From assembly GCA_965223325.1 (NCBI GenBank), contig CBDCWI010000002.1:128001-192000 (forward strand): a stretch of 64,000 nt of DNA. Reading direction: 5' to 3'. The notes beneath the pieces are model-generated. The model saw nothing but the letters and a program-made list of their open reading frames with translations. It ran no database searches and was not told the DNA's origin. The translations under genes and the position numbers were made by a program. Of this stretch, positions 1-9,506 are shown piece by piece. Numbering within the stretch: position 1 is the stretch's first letter; each line of letters starts with the position of its first letter. Source of the stretch: Candidatus Multivoradales bacterium (lineage in GTDB: Bacteria; Acidobacteriota; Thermoanaerobaculia; Multivoradales; Multivoraceae).

Positions 1-871
1 GATCGAGGGACACGATGCCCTCGAGCGCTGGCTGAGCGAACGCAAGGAGGAACGCGTCTATCTGCGCTACCCATCGCGCGGTAAGAAGGCGGATCGCATC
101 GAACTGGCGCGCAAGAATGCTCGCCTGGCCCATCGCCGGCGGTTCCGTGCGAGTCGCGAGCGCGCCGCGGCGGCGGCCGCCTTGAAGAGCCACCTGGATC
201 TCGACCAACCACCACAACGCATCGAGGGTTTCGACGTCTCGACGCTTCAGGGCTCCGAGATCGTCGCCTCGATGGTGGTCTGGGAAGACGGCAAGATGAA
301 CAAGAGCGAGTACCGCTCGTTCAACATTCGTGGCCTCGACGACACCGACGACTTCGCCTCGATCCGTCAGGCAGTCTGGAGGCGCTACCGGCGTCGACTC
401 GACGAGGTGGGCGAGATGCCCGACCTGATCCTGGTCGACGGCGGTCGCGGGCAGCTCAACGCAGCACTCCAGGCGCTGGCCGAGCTCGGGGTCGAGGACA
501 CCCCGATCGTCGGCCTGGCGAAAGCCGAAGAGGAGATCTACCGGCCGGATCTGCCGGCTCCCATGCGCCTCGAGCGCACCGACCGGGCGCTGCAGCTGTT
601 GCAGATGGTTCGTGACGAAGCGCATCGTTTCGCCGTCAGTCGTCATCGTCGACGGCGCTCGAAGCGCACCCTGCGCAGTGGCTTCGACGACCTGGCGGGC
701 ATCGGGCCCAAGCGTCGTCGCCTGCTCGTGCGGCGGTTCGGTAGCTTCCGCGGTGTGCGCGAGGCCTCCCTTGCGGATCTGCAGGAAGTGCTGGGCGAGC
801 GGCTGGGAGGGTCGGTGTGGAACCAGCTTCATCCCACCGGGCAGGCAAGATCCGAGCAGTCGGTCAGCTGA
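1..871 (+). CDS. uvrC: Excinuclease ABC subunit C, 3' part (5'-truncated by window)
   Basis: Frame is open from base 2 (IEGHDALERWL...ELARKNA). Motifs RIEGFDVS, PDLILVDGGRGQL, RDEAHRFA and HhH GIGPKRRR. Confidence 0.97.
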   Translation, partial: IEGHDALERWLSERKEERVYLRYPSRGKKADRIELARKNARLAHRRRFRASRERAAAAAALKSHLDLDQPPQRIEGFDVSTLQGSEIVASMVVWEDGKMNKSEYRSFNIRGLDDTDDFASIRQAVWRRYRRRLDEVGEMPDLILVDGGRGQLNAALQALAELGVEDTPIVGLAKAEEEIYRPDLPAPMRLERTDRALQLLQMVRDEAHRFAVSRHRRRRSKRTLRSGFDDLAGIGPKRRRLLVRRFGSFRGVREASLADLQEVLGERLGGSVWNQLHPTGQARSEQSVS

Positions 872-1063
872 GAAGGGCCGACCCCGGTGCGAAGCGTTGT
901 GCCCGGGCCGCGGCCCAGGGTTCGTCGGGTGAAGGCGCAGAAGCCAGATCGTTCGTAGATTTCGTATGATTCACGAGGATTTCTTCCTGGTGCTGGGAAG
1001 GTCCAGAGATCCACCAAGAATGCTGAACCGTTTCCCAGCGCGGGATGCGAACCGAGACCCTGC

Positions 1064-2566
1064 ATGACGATTGAACGCGGACAACTTTCTCGCGGCACCC
1101 TGGTCGCTCTGTTTCGGGAGCTTTTCCGTGAGAAGGCGACCGGCCTCCTGCGAGTGCAGAGCGACGACCAGGAGCGTCGATTCCACCTCGTTCGTGGCGA
1201 TCTGCACCTGATTGGCAAGCACAGCCTCGCCGAGCCGCTGCGAGCGCTGCTCACGCTGCAGTCGGAGCGCCGGGCGCGGGGCGACGAGCCCGGCGACTCG
1301 ACACCGTCGCGGGCCGACCTGCTGGCGCAGTTACAAGTCCTCGTGCAGCGCATCGCCGATGTCCTGGTGTCCGTCGACAACGGGGAGTGGATCTTCGACA
1401 GCGATATCGAGTCGCTTCCCGGCGATCTCGTCGGCCCCTTTCCGACCGCGTCCCTGATCATGGAAGCGTCGGTGCGCGGGCGCACCGAGGAGGAGCTGCT
1501 CGCCGACCTCGGGGGCGAAGAGGCGAAGGTCGCCGCCGCGCCTTCGGCGATTGACAACACCTCGGCGATCAGCATCGATCCGGGCGAGATGTTCCTGCTT
1601 TCGCGCGCCGAGAGCCCGACCACGATCGGGGAACTCCTGCGCCAGGTTGCCAGTGACCGCCCGAGCGCGATACGGATGCTCGCGCGCCTCTTTGCGGTCG
1701 ATCTGCTCGAAGAGGTGGTGTCCCACCAGGCCGGCCCGGACAGCCACCAGACCCGGCTTGTTGACACCATGATCGAACGCTTCCTCGACCGCATCGGCAA
1801 GAGGCTCGACGAGGACCCATTGGCGCTCGACGCCGAAAAGCACCGTACCTGGATTGGCAAGCTTCTGGCCCAGGTCGGCAGCATGACGCACTACGAGCTG
1901 CTCGATATCGGGTTTCATGACTCCGAGGAAAAGGTCCACGAGGCCTATGAAGAACTCGCCAGGTTGGTGCACCCCAAGCACGTCGAACGACTGGGGCTGG
2001 TGGGGCGCGAGGGGGCGGTGCGCCTGCTCTTCGAGCGCGCCACGCTGGCCTACGTCACCCTGGCCGACTCTGAGCGCCGGGCGGCCTACAACCAGGAGGC
2101 CGGCATCGAGGCTCCGGCACTCGCGTCGCCCGAAGAACGGTCGGCGGAGGAGAGCGAAATGGGGCGCTCCCAGTACGAGCGGGCGCTCGAACTGGTCGAG
2201 AACGAAGACTGGCACTTCGCCCTCGAACTCGCTCGCCAGGCAGTCCGCAACGAGCCCAAGGCCGAGTACTGGGCGCTCCTCGGCCGCATCCAGACCCAGA
2301 ACCCCAACTGGGCGGGCAAGGCCGCCGAGGCCTACCGCAACGCTGTCCGTCATGCCCCTGAGAACCCCCAGTACCGGCTACAGCTCGCCACTCTGATGGA
2401 GCAACAGGGCGAGATCGAGCGCGCCCGGGTGCACTATCGCGCGGCGTTCCAGAAAGACGCCACCCTGATCGAGGCTGCCGAGGCGCTCGAGCGGCTGGGT
2501 GTGTCGACCGGCCGCAAACCGAACGAGAGCGGCCTCATGCGGGTTTTCAAGCGGCTTCTGGGGTGA
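1064..2566 (+). CDS. DUF4388-like N-terminus + J-like domain + TPR repeat protein
   Basis: N-terminal 'LFRELFREKATGLLRV' (DUF4388/PatA-like). J-domain pattern THYELLDI...AYEELARLVHPK...AYVTLADSERRAAYN. C-terminal TPR helices. Confidence 0.8.
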   Translation: MTIERGQLSRGTLVALFRELFREKATGLLRVQSDDQERRFHLVRGDLHLIGKHSLAEPLRALLTLQSERRARGDEPGDSTPSRADLLAQLQVLVQRIADVLVSVDNGEWIFDSDIESLPGDLVGPFPTASLIMEASVRGRTEEELLADLGGEEAKVAAAPSAIDNTSAISIDPGEMFLLSRAESPTTIGELLRQVASDRPSAIRMLARLFAVDLLEEVVSHQAGPDSHQTRLVDTMIERFLDRIGKRLDEDPLALDAEKHRTWIGKLLAQVGSMTHYELLDIGFHDSEEKVHEAYEELARLVHPKHVERLGLVGREGAVRLLFERATLAYVTLADSERRAAYNQEAGIEAPALASPEERSAEESEMGRSQYERALELVENEDWHFALELARQAVRNEPKAEYWALLGRIQTQNPNWAGKAAEAYRNAVRHAPENPQYRLQLATLMEQQGEIERARVHYRAAFQKDATLIEAAEALERLGVSTGRKPNESGLMRVFKRLLG

Positions 2567-2605
2567 GTAGGGAAGCGCATGGTTTTACCATGCGCTTCCC
2601 TACTC
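2565..2605. repeat. Perfect 19-bp inverted repeat (REP-like palindrome or terminator hairpin)
   Basis: GAGTAGGGAAGCGCATGGT-TTT-ACCATGCGCTTCCCTACTC overlapping the stop codon of the upstream gene. Confidence 0.85.
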
Positions 2606-2832
2606 GTCCTATCAGAGGGGCAATGCGCAAGCGGTCCGTCGCGCGGGCCTCCTGCCGAGGGCTTCGCCCTGCAGGTGCGATCTCTTCGCGCGGTTCGCTT
2701 GTCGCGCGCATTGCATTGTCGGGATTGCCACTTCCTTTCTCGGGACTGGGACCGAGGTGCCGCGGTCCCTGGCACCGCGGGGTTTGGCTCTGCGGGATCC
2801 GCCCCCTCGGCCGTGGTTCCGGGCTAGACTCG

Positions 2833-3261
<429 letters not shown>

Positions 3262-3291
3262 TCGGATGCCGCCGACGGCTAGACTTGCGGG

Positions 3292-4329
3292 GTGAGCACG
3301 CCCCCTCTCGGTCCAGTCCTGCCACCTCCCGTGCACCCCGGTGCGCGGGTGGGAATCGCGGCGCTTTCTGGCCGGCCGGCGGAACGTGCCCTCGAGCGGG
3401 GGCTGGAGCGTCTGCGCGCGCTTGGCTATGAGCCTGTCCTGGCGTCGAACCTCGAGACACTCGCCGAGGGTCCCTCGATGTTTGCGGGTTGCGATCACGA
3501 CCGCCTGGCGGGGTTTCATGCCCTGGCGGCAGACGAAACGATTGAGGCGATCGTCTTCGCCCGCGGCGGCCATGGCCTGCTGCGCGTGCTGCCGGAAATC
3601 GATTGGGAGCTCCTGGCGCGTCGCCCGCGGCTCTACATGGGCTATTCGGATCTCACGCCCTTCCTACACCAGGTCGTCAGGCGTCTGGGATGGATTGCGT
3701 TTCATGGCCCGATGGTCGCACCCGACCTGGGGCGCGAAGAGTTCTCCGAGTTGGAGGAGAGAGCCTTCAGTGCCAGCTTCGAGGGCCGTATCGGGCGCAG
3801 TTTCGAGCTCGAGGTCCTGGCGCGCGGCGGTCAGGAACGGCCGGTCGTAGGGCCGCTCGATGGCGGCTGTCTGAGCCTTCTGGTTGCCAGTCTGGGAACC
3901 CCCTGGGCACCGTGTTTCAGGGGCTCTGTGGTCTTTCTCGAGGACGTCGGAGAGCCGGGCTACCGCCTTGATCGAATGTTGACCCAGCTATCCCTCTCGG
4001 ATACCCTTGACCGCGTGGTTGGGATTGTTCTTGGCCATCTTTCGGCGATTGACGAGAATTCCGAGAGTTGTTCTCCCAAGGGCTCCGGAGCGCCTGAGGC
4101 TTCTGCCCAGTCGGGGGAAGAATGGAGAACAGCCCTGATCGAGGTTTGCAACGGTAGCGGCCGAGTGCTTCTGGCCGGGCTTCCAGCAGGTCATTCGACA
4201 CCAAACATTCCCCTTCCCCTTGGTGCCGCGGTCACCCTCGACCCAGTCGCCGGTCAGCTCGAGATTCACCCCCCCAACAGTCACTTTGATGCCTCAACTC
4301 TTGGCACTTTGATGCCTCAACCACTTTGA
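3292..4329 (+). CDS. LD-carboxypeptidase (peptidase S66, LdcA/MccF family)
   Basis: ARGGHG, GYSDLT (catalytic Ser), FHGPM, FLEDVGE and AGH motifs. Confidence 0.92.
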   Translation: MSTPPLGPVLPPPVHPGARVGIAALSGRPAERALERGLERLRALGYEPVLASNLETLAEGPSMFAGCDHDRLAGFHALAADETIEAIVFARGGHGLLRVLPEIDWELLARRPRLYMGYSDLTPFLHQVVRRLGWIAFHGPMVAPDLGREEFSELEERAFSASFEGRIGRSFELEVLARGGQERPVVGPLDGGCLSLLVASLGTPWAPCFRGSVVFLEDVGEPGYRLDRMLTQLSLSDTLDRVVGIVLGHLSAIDENSESCSPKGSGAPEASAQSGEEWRTALIEVCNGSGRVLLAGLPAGHSTPNIPLPLGAAVTLDPVAGQLEIHPPNSHFDASTLGTLMPQPL

Positions 4330-4356
4330 TGCCTCAACTCTTGGCACTTTGATGCC
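4282..4356. repeat. Tandem array of 4 x CACTTTGATGCC
   Basis: Copies start at 4282, 4305, 4322 and 4345. Spacing is 23/17/23, giving a 40-bp higher-order duplication. Confidence 0.9.
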
Positions 4357-4523
4357 CTTTTCCTTTTTGGCAACCTGCGAGCGCCTCGCAGGGCCAAGGC
4401 GCCCTTTCCAGACTCCGCAGGCCAGGCCATCGGCACCTCAAGATCTGAATCTTCTCCCATGATCCTTCGACGCATGACAGAACCCCCTCAGCCAGGCGCG
4501 ACGCACAGTCGCGAGGTCAGCGC

Positions 4524-5321
4524 ATGAAGACCGTCTTCAAGACCGGTGGCGCGGGCAAGGCTGCGCAGGCTGACTTCAGCGTTGAGTTCGATACCGGGGA
4601 TTACCTTTTTCGAGAAGGCGATCTCGGCACCGAGATGTTCATCGTCCAGGAAGGCACCGTCGAGATCATGAAGACGGTCGACGGCGAAGAGCGGCAGCTG
4701 GCGGTGATGGCGAAAGGCGACTTCTTCGGCGAGATGTCGGTGCTCGAAGACATGCCGCGTACGGCCTCGGCACGGGCACTCGAACCATCGCGCCTGCTCG
4801 AGATCAACGGTTCGACGTTCGACCAGATGCTGCGGACGACGCCCGAAATTGCGGTCCGCCTGATGCGCAAGCTGGCGCGTCGTCTGCGTGAGACGGACCG
4901 CCTGCTTGCAGATGACATCCGCATGTCGGGCTCCAACCTGCGCTCTCACGAGGCGCCGCCACCGGCCTCGGGAGGCGTCAAGGTCATGGGAGCCCACCGC
5001 TTGCGTGATCTGGACTCCGGGGAGGAGTTTCACCTTGCTGCCAGTGGTGAGACCCTGATTGGTCGTGAAGATCCAGTCACCGGCATCAATCCAGATGTCG
5101 ACCTCACCGAGGCCGATACCCAGCGCTCGACCAGTCGTAGGCATGCGAAGATTCATCGTCGTGGCGACAAGTTCTTCCTCACCGAGGAAATCGGGACGAC
5201 CAACGGCACCTTCCTCAACGGAGTGCGTGCCGAAACCGGCGTCCCCGTCGAGGTCCAGGAGGGCGACGAAGTCCAGTTCGGGCTCGTCAAGCTCATCTTC
5301 CTCAGCGGCACCGACCCCTGA
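4524..5321 (+). CDS. cNMP-binding domain + FHA domain protein
   Basis: FREGDLGTEMFIVQEGTV and GDFFGEMSVLEDMPRTASA (cNMP cassette). LIGRED, SRRHAKI and TTNGTFLNG (FHA). Confidence 0.92.
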   Translation: MKTVFKTGGAGKAAQADFSVEFDTGDYLFREGDLGTEMFIVQEGTVEIMKTVDGEERQLAVMAKGDFFGEMSVLEDMPRTASARALEPSRLLEINGSTFDQMLRTTPEIAVRLMRKLARRLRETDRLLADDIRMSGSNLRSHEAPPPASGGVKVMGAHRLRDLDSGEEFHLAASGETLIGREDPVTGINPDVDLTEADTQRSTSRRHAKIHRRGDKFFLTEEIGTTNGTFLNGVRAETGVPVEVQEGDEVQFGLVKLIFLSGTDP

Positions 5322-5334
5322 CGTAAGCGGGTCG

Positions 5335-7521
5335 GTGGGCGGAAGCCGTGGGGCTCGCACGAGCTCGTTTCTGCAGCAGCCCCTCGATGTCCTGCCTGGG
5401 ATCGGTCCGGTACGCCGCGATCGACTGGCGGCGCTGGGCTACGTGTGTGTCGCCGACCTGCTCTTTTGTCTGCCCCGCGACTGGGAAGACCGCCGCTCGC
5501 TGGCAGAGGTGGCAGAGCTCGACGACCGCCGCATTGGCGAAGCCGTGACCCTGCGTGGCGCAATCAAGGGCGCTCGCCTCCTTCGTACCCGCAAGCGCAA
5601 CCTGACCATCGTCCAGGCGCGCTTCGAGGACGAGCGCGGCGCCGAGCTGCCCCTGGTCTGGTACAACCAGCCCTGGTTGGCGAAGCGTTTCAGCAATCCG
5701 CGCGAGCGTTGGGAGGTTCACGGCAAGCTGAGCGGGAGACGCGGCGGCGGAGTCCAGCTGAGCGGCCCGAGTGTCGAGCCGTACCCGGTGTATCCGGCCG
5801 ACGAGGATTCCCCGACCAGCGCTGCTGGTGGAGAAGTGGTCACCGGCTCGAGTGCCCAGGTCGAGCGGCCAGGCACCCTCGTGCCACTCTACCCGGCGCT
5901 TGGTTCCCTGGGACCGACAGCGGTTCGGCGTTTGCTCGGCGAAGTGATCCGGCAGATCGATTGGGATGACCTTCCTGAGCCACTTCCGTCCGAGCTCTTG
6001 GCTCGATATCGGTTGCCTGACCTGGGTGGCGCCCTCCGCACGCTGCATTCTCCGCCCGACGACACCGCGGTGGAGGCGCTGAGGAGTCGCCATTCCCCCG
6101 CCTGGCGACGGCTGCTCTACGGCGAGCTCCTCCTCCTCCAGCTTCGTCTCGCCGTCCGGCGGCGCGAGCGCCTGCACAGCGGGCGCTCGCGTTCCTACGA
6201 CTTCGATGCCGCGCGCGGGGTAGCCCGCTCTCGCCTGCCCTTTCGGCTGACCGAAGCGCAACGACGGGTGGCACGCGAAATCGCCGACGACATGCGCACT
6301 CCCGGGCCGATGATGCGGTTGGTTCAAGGTGACGTGGGCTGCGGCAAGACCGTTCTGGCGGCACTGATGATGATTCTCGCCGCCGAGAGCTCCTTTCAAG
6401 CAGCCTTTCTCGCCCCCACCGAGCTGCTCGCCGAGCAACATCACCGCAGCCTGCAGAAGTTACTCGGCGACCGGCAGCCGGTGGCCCTGTTGACGGCGTC
6501 GGTACCCGATGCCGGGAACGTTCGGCGACAACTGGCGACCGGCGACTGTCGACTGGTCGTGGGCACCCACGCCCTCCTCGAAGACAAGACGTGCTTCGCT
6601 GACCTCGCCCTGGCGATTGTCGATGAGCAGCACCGGTTCGGGGTCGAACAACGGCAGACCCTGCGTCGGAAGGGGCGCGATACCGACGTGCTGATCATGA
6701 CCGCGACGCCGATTCCTCGCAGCCTCGCTCTGACCGTTTGGGGAGACCTCGACCTGTCGGTGATCGATGAGTTGCCGCCGGGGCGCACGCCGGTCGAAAC
6801 CCGACTGCTGGCCGCGAACCAGCGTCGCCAGGCTTATGACGACCTCGAAGTCGCGCTTCGGCGCGGTGAGCAGGGCTACGTCGTGGTGCCGCGCATCGAC
6901 GAATCCGACGACCAGGTGACGGCCTCGATCGAGCGGCTTCAAAGAGAGCTCACGACGCGCTTTGGTGGCCAGCTCGGAATCGTTCACGGTCGACTTCCTG
7001 GCGAAGAACGACGCGCGATCATGGCGCGTTTCGAACGCGGTGAGCTCGGCGTCTTGCTGGCGACGACGGTCATCGAAGTCGGCGTCGACGTTTCCAGCGC
7101 GACTCGCCTGGTGATCGAGAACGCGGAGCGCTTCGGTCTGGCCCAACTGCATCAACTGCGCGGCAGAGTCGGCCGCGGGGAGGTCCCTTCGCGCTGCTGG
7201 GTGATCCACGGGAACATCAAACCGGAGGCGAGAGCCAGACTGGAAGTGCTCGCCCGTCACCTCGATGGTTTCCAGATCGCCGAGGCCGACCTCGAGATGC
7301 GCGGGGCCGGTGAGCTGATCGGCACCCGGCAGGCCGGCGCAGGGCCGCTCTCGCGACTGGCGCATGGCGACTCGGATTGGCTCGAGCGGGCGCAGGCCGA
7401 CGCCCGCCGGCTCGCCGAAGAAGCCGGCCCCGCCGACCTGGCGCGCCTGGTCGCGACCCTCGAGCGCCCACTCCTCGCCGGCGAAGAGGGCCGTCGCGTC
7501 CGTTCGAGGATGCTTCGGTGA
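5335..7521 (+). CDS. recG: ATP-dependent DNA helicase RecG
   Basis: QGDVGCGKT, DEQHRFG, MTATPIPRSL, QLHQLRGRVGRG, DLEMRGAGE. Start set at GTG 5335 after the upstream stop; start uncertain. Confidence 0.96.
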   Translation: MGGSRGARTSSFLQQPLDVLPGIGPVRRDRLAALGYVCVADLLFCLPRDWEDRRSLAEVAELDDRRIGEAVTLRGAIKGARLLRTRKRNLTIVQARFEDERGAELPLVWYNQPWLAKRFSNPRERWEVHGKLSGRRGGGVQLSGPSVEPYPVYPADEDSPTSAAGGEVVTGSSAQVERPGTLVPLYPALGSLGPTAVRRLLGEVIRQIDWDDLPEPLPSELLARYRLPDLGGALRTLHSPPDDTAVEALRSRHSPAWRRLLYGELLLLQLRLAVRRRERLHSGRSRSYDFDAARGVARSRLPFRLTEAQRRVAREIADDMRTPGPMMRLVQGDVGCGKTVLAALMMILAAESSFQAAFLAPTELLAEQHHRSLQKLLGDRQPVALLTASVPDAGNVRRQLATGDCRLVVGTHALLEDKTCFADLALAIVDEQHRFGVEQRQTLRRKGRDTDVLIMTATPIPRSLALTVWGDLDLSVIDELPPGRTPVETRLLAANQRRQAYDDLEVALRRGEQGYVVVPRIDESDDQVTASIERLQRELTTRFGGQLGIVHGRLPGEERRAIMARFERGELGVLLATTVIEVGVDVSSATRLVIENAERFGLAQLHQLRGRVGRGEVPSRCWVIHGNIKPEARARLEVLARHLDGFQIAEADLEMRGAGELIGTRQAGAGPLSRLAHGDSDWLERAQADARRLAEEAGPADLARLVATLERPLLAGEEGRRVRSRMLR

Positions 7522-8858
7522 GGGTCCTGCTGATCGTCAACACCCTGCCTCCCGATGATCTTTCGGGCGCTGGTGAACAGGTTGTCCAGCTCGCAGGAGG
7601 ACTGCTCGAGCATGGCTGTGAGGTCGAGATTCTGGGGCGCGGCCCGGGTGGCGCCCCCGGCCCCAAAGTGTTGTTTCCGCTCCTCGTTCTGCCGGCGGCG
7701 ATACGCAAGATCAGAGCGAGCCGGCCCGACGTCGTCCAGGTGCACGAGAGCGACGGTGGTCTGGTGGCACTGTGGTGTCGTTGGCGGAGACGGTGGGCAG
7801 GGAAGACACCTCTCCTGGTCGCACTGCAGCAAGTGTCCTACGTCGAGGAGCGGCGCGCCGTGCGTCCACTCCTCGATCGCGAGACCGATCGCGTTCTCGC
7901 CCGTCCGACTCCCGTCGAGCGGCGCTGGCGACGACGCACACCGCTACACATCTTCCTGGGGCGCGCCAGCGCTCGTGCTGCCGACCTGGTGCTCGTGCCG
8001 AGTCAAAAGACCGGGCGCGAGGTCGAACGCCACTACGGAGTCCGCCAGACCTCCGTGGTACCCAACGCCACCGGCGCAGATGTCGCCGGCGTCCTCGAAA
8101 GGCTGACACCGCACGGTGCGCTCGAAGCGCCTCAGGTACCGCCGCCCGTCGAGGCTTCGACTGCGACTTCAATCGGCACTTCGGGTGACGAAGACGCGGT
8201 GCAGCCGTACTTCTTGTTCGTCGGGCGCCTGCGGATTCGCAAGGGTGTCGAGGTCCTGCTCAGAGCCATCGAACACGCTGAGGGTGACGCGGGCGAGAGT
8301 GTCGAGTTGCCCAGGCTTCTCATCGTCGGCGATGGCGAGCGCCAGAGAGTGATCGAGGAAGCGATCGGGGAAGCGTTCGAGGAGGTGAATGTCGCGATGC
8401 TCGGCCGAAAGTCGGCGGCGGAGATCGCGGCTCTCCTCGACCAGGCCCTGGCGTTGGTGGTTCCCTCGACCTACGAGGGCATGCCGCTGGTCATTCTGGA
8501 GGCGATGTCACGCGGGGTGCCGGTGATCGCTTCACGCGTCAGTGGAATCCCCGAGGTGGTCGTCGACGGTGAGACCGGCTGGCTGGTCGAGTCGGAGCAT
8601 CCGCGCGCGCTGTCTGAGGCCCTGCTGGAGGCGGCAGCGGATCGCCGGGAAGCGCGCCGCCGAGGCGTGGCCGGTCGTCGCCGTCTCGAGGGGCGCTACC
8701 GCCCGGTGGATGTCGCTCGAGAGTGGCTCACGGTGGTGACGGCGCTTCTGCCTCCGGCCCCGCGTGACCCCGGAGAGGAGTGTTCTAGCGCCAGCGCGGC
8801 GCCCTCTCCCGAAGCGCGGGAGTCAGTCTCCACAGAGCCATCGCCTATGGAAGACTAG
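7518..8858 (+). CDS. Glycosyltransferase family 4 (GT-B)
   Basis: GTGA overlap with the recG stop. FLFVGRLRIRKG, PSTYEGMPLVILEAMSRGVPVIAS, VVDGETGWLV. Confidence 0.93.
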   Translation: MRVLLIVNTLPPDDLSGAGEQVVQLAGGLLEHGCEVEILGRGPGGAPGPKVLFPLLVLPAAIRKIRASRPDVVQVHESDGGLVALWCRWRRRWAGKTPLLVALQQVSYVEERRAVRPLLDRETDRVLARPTPVERRWRRRTPLHIFLGRASARAADLVLVPSQKTGREVERHYGVRQTSVVPNATGADVAGVLERLTPHGALEAPQVPPPVEASTATSIGTSGDEDAVQPYFLFVGRLRIRKGVEVLLRAIEHAEGDAGESVELPRLLIVGDGERQRVIEEAIGEAFEEVNVAMLGRKSAAEIAALLDQALALVVPSTYEGMPLVILEAMSRGVPVIASRVSGIPEVVVDGETGWLVESEHPRALSEALLEAAADRREARRRGVAGRRRLEGRYRPVDVAREWLTVVTALLPPAPRDPGEECSSASAAPSPEARESVSTEPSPMED

Positions 8859-8864
8859 GCGCCG

Positions 8865-9416
8865 ATGAACGTCATGACGACACGCCTGATGGGGCGCTTG
8901 ATGTTGTTGATCGGAGTTCTGGCGTTGGTCCTCCTGGTGGCCTGCTCGCTGGCGGCTCCGGTTGGCGACGAAGCGACGCTCGAGGGCCTCCAGTCCCACC
9001 TCTTGGTCGGGCTCCTGGCGGTTCTGATGCTCGCCTTCTCCCAGGGATGGATTGTGCTCTTCCTGCTGGGCAGTGGGGTGGCCTTGTCACGCAGCCTGGC
9101 CGACCCGGGCAGCGGGTTGCCCGCCCTTTCCGAGACCAGCGCTGCCATGGCAAGGAGGCAGTCGCGATCGGCGCGCCTTCTGGTGCTTCCCTGGAGTATT
9201 CTCGCTGCACTTCTGGTCGTTCTGGTGTTCGTCGTGGGTAGCCGTGCCTACTCTGGCGAGATCTCCTCGGAGTGGCATCTCAACCTGGCGGTGGCGGCCA
9301 TCGCAGTGCAAGCACTTTCGATCGTGTTGGCATGGTTCGGGCTCGAACGCAACCAGCGCGCGCTCGAGCTTCTCGTCGGCAAGCGGCTGCCGAAGGTTGG
9401 TTCGGTCGAAGGCTGA
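8865..9416 (+). CDS. Hypothetical integral membrane protein (~4 TM)
   Basis: Four hydrophobic stretches. Starts 6 nt after the glycosyltransferase stop. Confidence 0.7.
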   Translation: MNVMTTRLMGRLMLLIGVLALVLLVACSLAAPVGDEATLEGLQSHLLVGLLAVLMLAFSQGWIVLFLLGSGVALSRSLADPGSGLPALSETSAAMARRQSRSARLLVLPWSILAALLVVLVFVVGSRAYSGEISSEWHLNLAVAAIAVQALSIVLAWFGLERNQRALELLVGKRLPKVGSVEG

Positions 9417-9506
9417 GCCGGTTGCCGTCTGCCTTGTCCTGAGTTGGCTGAGCGAGCGCGACGAGAAGCGTCCAAACGGTGTGTGGTGCCCATGGAAGGT
9501 CAGATC

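Noticed and set aside
2620-2715. SRP (4.5S) or 6S RNA assignment for the long hairpin
   Set aside because: It lacks the SRP CAGG-GNRA-AGCA signature on either strand and is too short for 6S. Kept only as an unassigned structure.
4282-4356. Possible mini CRISPR array
   Set aside because: The repeat is only 12 bp, the spacers are 5-11 bp and duplicated, and there are no cas genes in the window.
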